Virus record (IMG/VR): IMGVR_UViG_3300033485_000026
Coordinates: 1-47,740 of that record
Length of the DNA stretch: 47,740 nt
Strand: one strand, 5' to 3'
DNA from: a virus
Taxonomy: Duplodnaviria; Caudoviricetes
Positions 9,132-16,344 of the stretch are shown here, in pieces. Positions within the stretch are counted from its first letter, which is position 1. The number at the start of each line of letters is the position of its first letter. The notes beneath the pieces are model-generated. The model made no database searches and was not told the origin of the DNA. It saw only the letters and a program-made list of their open reading frames with translations. The position numbers were made by a program, and so were the translations under genes.

Positions 9132-9160
9132 TTGACCCTGCCGATACCCGGGTATATAGT
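9132..9160 (+). promoter_or_regulatory. Sigma70/SigA-type promoter for the early block
   Basis: TTGACC-17 nt-TATAGT. Confidence 0.8.
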
Positions 9161-9272
9161 GACTGGTGTAACGATGATCGGCCCGGCCGATACGACCCCG
9201 GCCGATCGGCAACTTGATAGTCGAATATGGGAGTAGTCTCAGGGCCCCGATAGTGATTGGAGCGGGTCACTG

Positions 9273-10571
9273 ATGACACGAAAGAAGATCAGACTATGGT
9301 TGGAAGCGTACAAGTACGATGTATGGGTACCGACCCCGGGCACCGATCAACCCTGGCATGATGGCAAGTTGACCCGGGCCGATAGCAGGGTTCGGGTTGT
9401 CCCATACGATCGCCCGAAGGGTACGACCGGCCGTTGGACCGGTGGAGCGAACTACCAACCCCGAACCGGGGCCGATATGTACCGGGCCCTTGATACGTGG
9501 TTGGGCGCGAAGGGTTACCGGCCCGGGCCGGGGCATCCGAAGACGGTTGAAGTGTATCGGTTGTACCGTAATCCCGGGCAGGAGCAAATCGGGGTTCGGT
9601 TGTATTCGACTACCGTTGTGCGGGTTCATCCGAACGGGTCAATCGAACTCGACTGGTCGGGTTGGTTCACGCAAACAACCAACCGAATCATCAATGAGTA
9701 CCTGCCCCGGGATTGGTCGGTATTCGGCACCCGAATCCCGATACTGCGAGCCCCGAACGGTACCATGTACCGGGTTACCGGTTCGCTCATGATCGGACCC
9801 CGGGGTCACGTTACCCCGACCGATGGTGGCCGGTACGCATGGGCCAAACCCGGCAACTATCAGTGGTACGACCGGGCCCGAACCCCGTACCCGAACGGTA
9901 CCGAACCGTTCAAGTTCCGAAACTGGGAAGGGTATCACCAGTACGAACTCGCACTCCGGGCAACCGAACGAAAGAGCGAACGCGACCGGGCCCGGGCTGC
10001 CGCCGACCGTGAACGGGAAGACGCGGCCCGACGTGCCGAATGGGTATCGATCCGGCCGGTACGACCGAAGACGGCCCCCGGGTACGGTTGGAAATTTCTG
10101 AACCATGAGCGAACCGGCCCGGAGTTCCGGTTGGTTTCGGCGTTCGACCAGCGGTCGCACGGTTGGGGAAGCGGCCCCTATTGGCCCGAACCCGGGTCGT
10201 GGCGCGATGATGAACTCCGGGCCCCATGCGTCGGGTTGAACTGCTCGACCGACGCTGATTCGGCCGCCGGGTTCGTGAACGGTAGCGTAATCGCCCGGGT
10301 CGCATGGGCGGGCCGGTATCACGACGATTCGACCAATGGGAAGATCACCAGCGACAGCATGAGTATCCTGGCCGCATGGGTGGTCCGGGGTTCCAGCGAT
10401 ACCACGGCCGATATGTACCACGCGCCGATGGTCCGTGAACCCGATCTCATGGTTGATGGTTGGGCATGGGCCCCGGGCAAGTTGATTGCCCCGAACGGCC
10501 GCATTGACGATCTAACCCCGACCCTGCCGAAGATCGGCCCCGAACTGAACCCGTCTTTACCGAACGGGTAA
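9273..10571 (+). CDS. Hypothetical protein (432 aa), first gene of the early block
   Basis: Long ORF downstream of the promoter with SD GGAGCGG. Atypical codon usage. No family recognised. Confidence 0.75.
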   Translation: MTRKKIRLWLEAYKYDVWVPTPGTDQPWHDGKLTRADSRVRVVPYDRPKGTTGRWTGGANYQPRTGADMYRALDTWLGAKGYRPGPGHPKTVEVYRLYRNPGQEQIGVRLYSTTVVRVHPNGSIELDWSGWFTQTTNRIINEYLPRDWSVFGTRIPILRAPNGTMYRVTGSLMIGPRGHVTPTDGGRYAWAKPGNYQWYDRARTPYPNGTEPFKFRNWEGYHQYELALRATERKSERDRARAAADREREDAARRAEWVSIRPVRPKTAPGYGWKFLNHERTGPEFRLVSAFDQRSHGWGSGPYWPEPGSWRDDELRAPCVGLNCSTDADSAAGFVNGSVIARVAWAGRYHDDSTNGKITSDSMSILAAWVVRGSSDTTADMYHAPMVREPDLMVDGWAWAPGKLIAPNGRIDDLTPTLPKIGPELNPSLPNG

Positions 10572-10781
10572 CGAGTACCGGCCCGAACTACTCCCGAACG
10601 ACTATCAACCGGCCCCGGCCCCGATCAATGGGACCGGGGCCGATCTTCAATCGAACCGACCCCGACCGGGTACCCTGCCCGGCCGGGTACTCCCATGCCC
10701 GAACCCATGCGGCCCCGGTTGCCGATCTTCGGCCCGGGGCCCTACCATGCCCGGCCCCGATCGTAACCCCGGCCCTGCTCA

Positions 10782-10824
10782 TGATCGGCCCCGGGGTTGC
10801 CGATACCCTACCCGGGGCCGATCA
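10782..10824. repeat. 14-bp perfect inverted repeat (hairpin)
   Basis: TGATCGGCCCCGGG 10782-10795 / CCCGGGGCCGATCA 10811-10824. Confidence 0.85.
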
Positions 10825-11033
10825 CCGAACCGGCCCGGCCGGGGCCCCGACCCCGACCCCGACCCGGGGCCGCTGGACACCGAAGAAACTTGAAGCGCCT
10901 AGCGTTGAAGTCCGTGGGCGTGAAGTCCTTGCGCTCGCCGTCCGTGAGGCGATCGCCAGTGAAGTATCGAGAGGGACGACGGATCGTGGCGGCCGGATTG
11001 GGGGTGAGTTGGTATGGCCGACGATTGAAGTGT

Positions 11034-11062
11034 TTGACACCGGATTCCATCGGGTATACAGT
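11034..11062 (+). promoter_or_regulatory. Second sigma70/SigA-type early promoter
   Basis: TTGACA-17 nt-TACAGT. Shares CGGGTATAyAGT with the 9132 promoter. Confidence 0.8.
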
Positions 11063-11113
11063 TGTCACAATGAGGGGACCGGAGCGGACCCCCATGAGAG
11101 TTAGGAGCGGACC

Positions 11114-11326
11114 ATGCGTACACTTACCATGCGGGAACACGTCAGGGGCACTCACCCTGCCGAGTACCGCGAGCGCGAACTGTCGGCTACACGGCTCGCC
11201 GACGTTCGACGCGCTATCACCCGGGGCCGTGATCTGTTCAACGGCGGCAGGTGCGGGGCGGCCGCTATCTACTTCGAGTGGGTCACCGACGCACTCCGCG
11301 AGCGGGCCGGGGGGTGTGCCCGATGA
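11114..11326 (+). CDS. Hypothetical protein (70 aa)
   Basis: SD TAGGAGCGG. ATGA overlap with the next gene. Confidence 0.7.
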   Translation: MRTLTMREHVRGTHPAEYRERELSATRLADVRRAITRGRDLFNGGRCGAAAIYFEWVTDALRERAGGCAR

Positions 11327-11841
11327 AGTCGTATGACGCGATCGGTTACGTTCACCTGTCCGACACCTACTGCGATGGTTGTGGGGCCCGACTCATGCCG
11401 GGGCCCGACGACCCGGAGTGGTACCCGATCTTCGCCGACTCCGAGTGGGATTACATACCGGCGTGTAACGAGTGCGGTTGGCCGATCGAAGACGTGTCAC
11501 TCACGAGCGAAGGGCTCGCCTACACCCGGGCGGCCCTGCTCGGCGATTGGAACGGCGAACCCGATCATCGTGACGCATGGGTGCGGTGCTTCGACGCCAA
11601 CGGCGGGTCACTGACGCGCTACGGCTACGGTATCGGTTCTTCCGGGTGTCTGTACGATTCGGTGAGCGGCCCGTATGACACCGAAGCCGAAGCGATTGAG
11701 GCGCTACGCGAGACGATGAGCCCGACCGATGACGAGCCGACCGGGTGGACCGAAGTGGGCCCGGGATACTGGAACGGCCCCGGGATACAGACGGCCGAAG
11801 TGTTCTCATCCGACGAGCCCGGCGACGATTGGGGTGAGTGA
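11323..11841 (+). CDS. Acidic hypothetical protein with CxxC pairs (172 aa)
   Basis: MKSYDAIGY...YCDGC...PIFADSEWDY.PACNECG. SD GGGGGTG. Confidence 0.7.
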   Translation: MKSYDAIGYVHLSDTYCDGCGARLMPGPDDPEWYPIFADSEWDYIPACNECGWPIEDVSLTSEGLAYTRAALLGDWNGEPDHRDAWVRCFDANGGSLTRYGYGIGSSGCLYDSVSGPYDTEAEAIEALRETMSPTDDEPTGWTEVGPGYWNGPGIQTAEVFSSDEPGDDWGE

Positions 11842-11844
11842 ACC

Positions 11845-12129
11845 ATGCGCGAACACGTTGCCTATGTACCGGTGATCGGCTCGACGGGTATCACGCTTGG
11901 GTTGGCCGACGCCGATGAGCGCGGGTACTACCGGCTCAACTGGTGCGGAGACTACCCGACCATGCAAGCGGCCCGGAGCGCGGCCGACGAACTCAATGCC
12001 GATCTGGGAGTGACCCCGGCCGAGGCGTATGCGGTGCAAGTGTGCTCGATGTTTCGGCCGGGCGAGTTTACCGAAGTGTTGGAGTGGGTCACCCGTCCGG
12101 GTGGCCCGAGTCTACCGAAGGAGCGGTGA
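11845..12129 (+). CDS. Hypothetical protein (94 aa)
   Basis: SD GGGGTG. Tightly packed in the operon. Confidence 0.7.
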   Translation: MREHVAYVPVIGSTGITLGLADADERGYYRLNWCGDYPTMQAARSAADELNADLGVTPAEAYAVQVCSMFRPGEFTEVLEWVTRPGGPSLPKER

Positions 12130-12132
12130 GCG

Positions 12133-12435
12133 ATGAGCAGGTACTACGGCAACATACTCGGCAACCGGGGTGAGGCGACCCGGCAGGGCACGGCGTCGAG
12201 CGGGTTTCGGGCGTCGGCACGATCGTACATCGGAAGTGTGACGGTCCGACTCTGGGAGAACGATGAGGGCAAGCGCGGCCGCAAGGACTACCGCGAGCGC
12301 GACGAGATCACGATTGACGTGGGCAGGGGGTCGATGGTCGGCGGCCGTGAAGTGTTCAGGTCCGATCTGCGTTCGCTTGTTGAAGCCGTCGAAGCCGGGG
12401 CCGTGTTCCAGTTGGTGTACCCACCTGACGAGTAG
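12133..12435 (+). CDS. Hypothetical protein (100 aa)
   Basis: MSRYYGNILGNRGEATRQGT, a motif seen in phage early genes. SD AAGGAGCGG. Confidence 0.75.
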   Translation: MSRYYGNILGNRGEATRQGTASSGFRASARSYIGSVTVRLWENDEGKRGRKDYRERDEITIDVGRGSMVGGREVFRSDLRSLVEAVEAGAVFQLVYPPDE

Positions 12436-12524
12436 CCGGGCGGCACCCGGCCGAATACCCCGGGTTGAGGGGCCCGGGGTCGTGGGATAGCCGATGGGCC
12501 GCAAGCGCGGCCGGTTAGGAGCGG

Positions 12525-13175
12525 ATGAGGATGGAACCCTACGAGACTGAGAAGGTCGGACGGTTCACGATCAAGTTGTACCCCGACGAAGCCGGGAACT
12601 CGCCCCGCGACTGGGACAACCTGGGCACGATGGTATGCTGTCACCGCGACTACGATCTGGGCGACGAGAAACCGGACCCGCGCATTGATCGGATTGAAGT
12701 GCTCGTCCGGTACTACGCCGGTACGGGGGGCGAGTGGTTCCCGCTGTACCTGCTCGACCACTCCGGGTTGTGGCTCAGAACCGGCACGTTCGCTTGCGAT
12801 TCGGGTATCGGCGGGCCGGGGCCGGGTGGCGGGTGGGATACGTCACTGGTGGGCATTATCTACGTCACCCGTGAGCAGATCATCGCGGAGTACGGCGACG
12901 ACTCGGCCGAGAACCGGGCCCGGGCTCGTGAAGTGCTCCAAGCCGAAGTCAAGGTGTATTCCCAGTGGCTTGAAGGCGACGTGCGCGGATGGGTCCTTGA
13001 AGACGCCGACGGCAACACGATCGACTCGTGTTGGGGGTATTACGACGATGGGGACGCACTCGCCGACGCACGGTCGGAAGCGGCCGGGGAGATCGAGCGC
13101 GAGCGCGTCGAGAAGCAGGAGCGCGTCAAGCGGTTCATCAAGTCCGGTGTGCCGCTGATCTATCGGACGGCGTAA
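12525..13175 (+). CDS. Conserved hypothetical protein of phage/mobile-element early regions (216 aa)
   Basis: SPRDWDNLGTMVCCHRDYDLGD, PLYLLDHSGL, WDTSLVG, EVKVYSQWLEGDV, DSCWGYY. Confidence 0.8.
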   Translation: MRMEPYETEKVGRFTIKLYPDEAGNSPRDWDNLGTMVCCHRDYDLGDEKPDPRIDRIEVLVRYYAGTGGEWFPLYLLDHSGLWLRTGTFACDSGIGGPGPGGGWDTSLVGIIYVTREQIIAEYGDDSAENRARAREVLQAEVKVYSQWLEGDVRGWVLEDADGNTIDSCWGYYDDGDALADARSEAAGEIERERVEKQERVKRFIKSGVPLIYRTA

Positions 13176-13189
13176 AGGAGCGTGGAGCG

Positions 13190-13600
13190 GTGAAGGTACT
13201 AGTGGGCACGACTGAGGGGCAGGGCAAGCGGGCCAATGACTTCTCGTTCACGAACGAGTTGGAGTTGGTCGGGTTCGGGTTCGAGTGCGACGGCGAAGCG
13301 GTTGACGGCTCGTGCGGCTGTCGCCGGTCGATGGTCGGGCTCGAATCAGGCAAGGCGACGACGACCATGCGGGTAGTTGAAGCACTCACGGTTGATTCGG
13401 TCGCGGACCTTGCCGAGCGGGTGTTCGGGGGGCTCGACCGGGGCGGGTGGGTGGCGCTCATGGGCGAATCGGAAGCGCGGGAACAGGCACTCACCGACGC
13501 GCAGGAGATCGTCCGTATCGCTGACGTGTTCCCGGTCGGCACCATCGTCGAGAAGCGGGGCAACCGCTTCCAGATCAGGGAAGGAGCGGAGCAGTCATGA
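13190..13600 (+). CDS. Conserved hypothetical Cys-containing protein (136 aa)
   Basis: KVLVGTTEGQGKRANDF...CDG...GSCGCRRSMVGLESGKATTT. Resembles an actinobacterial uncharacterised family. GTG start at 13190. Confidence 0.75.
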   Translation: MKVLVGTTEGQGKRANDFSFTNELELVGFGFECDGEAVDGSCGCRRSMVGLESGKATTTMRVVEALTVDSVADLAERVFGGLDRGGWVALMGESEAREQALTDAQEIVRIADVFPVGTIVEKRGNRFQIREGAEQS

Positions 13601-13908
13601 CGATCGCGAAGTTCACCCCGGGGCCGTGGGTCAATGAGGGCTGCAACATTAGGAGTGCGGCCACCAACACGGGTATCGCGATTGTCGGTACTACGTGGGG
13701 CGACGGGGCGTTGAGCCACGATCAGAACGTGGCGAACGCCGTTCTGATCGGAGCGGCCCCGGAGTTGTACGGCGCTCTGCGGGAGTGCGTGTTCCAGTTT
13801 GGCCTACTGGAAGAAGCCGGGATGCTTGGAACCGCAGACGTGGAGGCACTCAGCGCGGCACGATCGGCATTGGCGAAGGCGGAAGGGGGCAACGGTGGAA
13901 CCCGATGA
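13597..13908 (+). CDS. Phage hypothetical protein (TPGPW / ANAxLIxAAPEL family)
   Basis: FTPGPW and ANAVLIGAAPELY motifs. Confidence 0.8.
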   Translation: MTIAKFTPGPWVNEGCNIRSAATNTGIAIVGTTWGDGALSHDQNVANAVLIGAAPELYGALRECVFQFGLLEEAGMLGTADVEALSAARSALAKAEGGNGGTR

Positions 13909-14161
13909 GATGATCTTCCCCAAGACGTTCTGGCACGTCTTCTCGCCAGATAACGACGACTATGACTTCTGGACCGACGTGGAAGATCAGGCGGAAGCGG
14001 AGTTTGACCGATGCAAGGAGCGGTTCGGGTCCGCCCGTCTCTACTCCGAGACGTACCAGACACGCGAAGACTATGACGAGATGAGAGGCCAGGAAGAACT
14101 AGAAGACTGGTGCGATCGTGACGGCGACGGCACCGATGAGGGGGTGAGTGATGGGGCATAG
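13895..14161 (+). CDS. Highly acidic small protein (88 aa)
   Basis: GTG at 13895 with upstream GGGGG. D/E-rich. Confidence 0.65.
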   Translation: MEPDEMIFPKTFWHVFSPDNDDYDFWTDVEDQAEAEFDRCKERFGSARLYSETYQTREDYDEMRGQEELEDWCDRDGDGTDEGVSDGA

Positions 14162-14190
14162 CCGACGCGCTCAGTCCTGATCGTGAGAGC

Positions 14191-14216
14191 GGCCCGGGGG
14201 TTACGGCCCCCGGGCC
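14191..14216 (+). terminator. GC-rich hairpin, possible terminator or processing site
   Basis: GGCCCGGGGG-TTACG-GCCCCGGGCC, intergenic, no U-tract. Confidence 0.4.
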
Positions 14217-14233
14217 AGATTGGAGCGGTTGCG

Positions 14234-14437
14234 ATGAGACGCAAGCCGCACGGCTACTGGACGACGTGCCGCCGGTGCGGACGGCCGGTGTGGACCAGCG
14301 GGGGCATCATCGGCGGGGCCGCGCTGTACGAGCGGTACGGCCGTATCTGCGACGAGTGCATCACCCCCGATGAGGAACACGCGATACTTCACGGGCAAGC
14401 CGGTGACCTGATCGGCCGGGCAGGTGGAGCGAAGTGA
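14234..14437 (+). CDS. Small zinc-finger-like protein (67 aa)
   Basis: CRRCG...ICDEC. SD GGAGCGG. Confidence 0.7.
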   Translation: MRRKPHGYWTTCRRCGRPVWTSGGIIGGAALYERYGRICDECITPDEEHAILHGQAGDLIGRAGGAK

Positions 14438-14526
14438 AGCGGGAACTGCTCGCCGACGTGCTCACCCTTGCCCTGCTCGCGGTGTGCTTCTACCTGACCT
14501 ACTGTCTGCTCGCCACGATGAAGTGA
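14434..14526 (+). CDS. Small membrane peptide (30 aa)
   Basis: VKRELLADVLTLALLAVCFYLTYCLLATMK*. GTGA and TGATG overlaps with its neighbours. Confidence 0.55.
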   Translation: MKRELLADVLTLALLAVCFYLTYCLLATMK

Positions 14527-14936
14527 TGGGAGTTGAAGTCCTGATGGGTGACTTGATAACGGTTGCACGGGCCGCTCGTGAACTTGGAGTCGAGCGCCAG
14601 ACGGCGTATCGGTACATCAAGTGCGGCCGGCTGCCGGCCCGGGAGATCGCCGGCCGGCTCGTGGTCGATGCGGACGATCTTGAAGCCGTGCGCGTCGGCG
14701 TCCGCGGATGGCCCCCGGTCCACAAACCGGACAAGCGCGAGTGGACGAAGGCGATGGTTCGCCTGCGCTCGCGCCAGTGGAACGACGCGGTTGAGTCGGG
14801 CCTATTCGACGATCCGATCACCGGGGAGATCGACCCCGGGCTCATAGCCGCGTGGGAGATCGAGCACGGCTGGACACATGAAGAACTACGGCACATGGCC
14901 GAGAAGATCGTCACTCCACGCGACCCGTTTCAGTGA
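14526..14936 (+). CDS. Xis/MerR-like helix-turn-helix DNA-binding protein
   Basis: LITVARAARELGVERQTAYRYIKCGRLPA. Start at 14526 or 14544. Confidence 0.8.
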   Translation: MGVEVLMGDLITVARAARELGVERQTAYRYIKCGRLPAREIAGRLVVDADDLEAVRVGVRGWPPVHKPDKREWTKAMVRLRSRQWNDAVESGLFDDPITGEIDPGLIAAWEIEHGWTHEELRHMAEKIVTPRDPFQ

Positions 14937-14947
14937 GAGGAGAGCCG

Positions 14948-15145
14948 ATGCTGAGGCCCGATCAGATCACCGATGTTGAAGTCCTGCGCCACGCCGTCGC
15001 GCTGCTCGCGGAAGAAGCCGCGGACGTTGGGTGCGACCGCTGTTGTGCGAGCGCCCTATGCGCGATAGGCGAGGACCAGGATGAGGAGTGCGCCGTCACG
15101 ATCGCGTCGTGGGCCGTGACGGTCGCTGAGGAGGAACCCGCATGA
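14948..15145 (+). CDS. Hypothetical protein (65 aa)
   Basis: SD GAGGAG. Cys cluster CDRCC. Confidence 0.6.
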   Translation: MLRPDQITDVEVLRHAVALLAEEAADVGCDRCCASALCAIGEDQDEECAVTIASWAVTVAEEEPA

Positions 15146-15207
15146 TGAAGTGGCTGGAACGGCTCATAGACCGGCTCACGATCGCCTTCTGGAAGGGGAC
15201 GCGATGA
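15142..15207 (+). CDS. Possible 21-aa peptide
   Basis: MMKWLERLIDRLTIAFWKGTR*. SD GAGGAGG and ATGA overlaps at both ends. Confidence 0.45.
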   Translation: MMKWLERLIDRLTIAFWKGTR

Positions 15208-15656
15208 GAACGACAAGTCCTGAGACGATAGTTGAAGTCCTGGCGGGCCAATGCCTCACCGGGGCGGTGATGCTCCCGAACGGGATGCTCGGGCTCCTGT
15301 TCGACGACGGGCACCTGCTCGCCGTGAGCGAGAAACTCTATCTGATGCACGAAGGCCCGGCCGCCGATGTGCTTGTGGCCGCGCAGGATCGTCTGAGAGA
15401 CGCGAAGGCGGAACTGGCGACCCTGGACTCGTTCATGGGATTACCGGCCGTCTCAGAGCCTTCTGTGCGCGAGAGGGCCACACGGATGCGGGACGATGCC
15501 GCGATCCATACGCCACGGCGGAAGATTGAAGCCGTGTTGGGTGAAGTCCCTGAGCCTGAGTTCATCGGCGACGACCATCCCGGCCTCGAGATGGACGACG
15601 TTCAGAAGCGGGCGCGGCTCGAGAAGGCCAGCCGCGGCGTACCGGACGTACTGTGA
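15204..15656 (+). CDS. Hypothetical protein (150 aa)
   Basis: ATG at 15204 with SD AAGGGG. Operon packing. Confidence 0.65.
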   Translation: MRTTSPETIVEVLAGQCLTGAVMLPNGMLGLLFDDGHLLAVSEKLYLMHEGPAADVLVAAQDRLRDAKAELATLDSFMGLPAVSEPSVRERATRMRDDAAIHTPRRKIEAVLGEVPEPEFIGDDHPGLEMDDVQKRARLEKASRGVPDVL

Positions 15657-15910
15657 TGAGCGACTACACCCACGACGATGCGATGCGTGTTGAGGCGATT
15701 GCGGCGTTGACCGCCATACAACTCGTGTCGGCCTTCGATGTCGTCCCCGTATTCGCCTACATCGAGCGGCTGGAAGCGGAGAAGCGGTGGCTGGCGGAGG
15801 AGATGGCGGGTGCGCTCAACGGCGATACCGTGGTTTACAGCGACGGACGGCGAATGGGGACGGCTACACAGTGGCTCGATGCCGCCCAGGAAGCGGTGAG
15901 GAAGGGCTAG
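15653..15910 (+). CDS. Hypothetical protein (85 aa), paralogue of 6655..6996
   Basis: Shared motifs YTHDDAMR, IERLEAE, RWLA, AQEAVR. Stop overlaps the convergent stop at 15907. Confidence 0.7.
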   Translation: MMSDYTHDDAMRVEAIAALTAIQLVSAFDVVPVFAYIERLEAEKRWLAEEMAGALNGDTVVYSDGRRMGTATQWLDAAQEAVRKG

Positions 15911-16344
15911 TCCTGGCGCTCCCGCGCCTCTTTGGGAGCCTCGACCGCGACCCTCGAGAGGATGCTCTCGACCTCGCGGGCGAGGCTCTCGGCGTCTGTC
16001 GAGACGGTGCTCGAGATGTCCGTGGCCTCTCCGCGGATCAGGCGGAGTTTGTCGAACGCGATGCCGGCACCGATGAGCGCGTCCCGAGGGCTCATATCCT
16101 CGATCTTGGCCCGGGCGACCTGGAGGCATGAATCATGAAGTTCCTGCCACCACGCCTCTTGCCGCTTCTTGGCGATCAAGAGGTACTCCTGGCGCTGATC
16201 CTCGTTGAGCGCGTTCCACCACTTCTCGAGCGTCCGGCGCGGGATGCCCGTCGCGGATGAAGCCTTGCGGGTGGAACCGTCGAGCCTCGCGACCTCGATC
16301 AGGAGTTCGCTCTTGTCGATGTCGGAGTAGACGCGGCTCATCAT
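15907..16344 (-). CDS. HTH protein, probable terminase small subunit
   Basis: N-terminal HTH (ASSATGIPRRTLEKW) plus helical GIAFDKLRLIRGEAT segment typical of TerS-like proteins. No other TerS candidate seen. Confidence 0.5.
   Translation of the reverse strand: MMSRVYSDIDKSELLIEVARLDGSTRKASSATGIPRRTLEKWWNALNEDQRQEYLLIAKKRQEAWWQELHDSCLQVARAKIEDMSPRDALIGAGIAFDKLRLIRGEATDISSTVSTDAESLAREVESILSRVAVEAPKEARERQD

Noticed and set aside
8868-11104. ORFs 8868..9236 and 10628..11104
   Set aside because: Pro/Gly/Arg-biased translations that run through promoters and hairpins, most likely non-coding.
14526-14936. Xis-like HTH as evidence of a classical integration module
   Set aside because: No tyrosine or serine recombinase is recognisable in the genome, and such HTH domains are common regulators.
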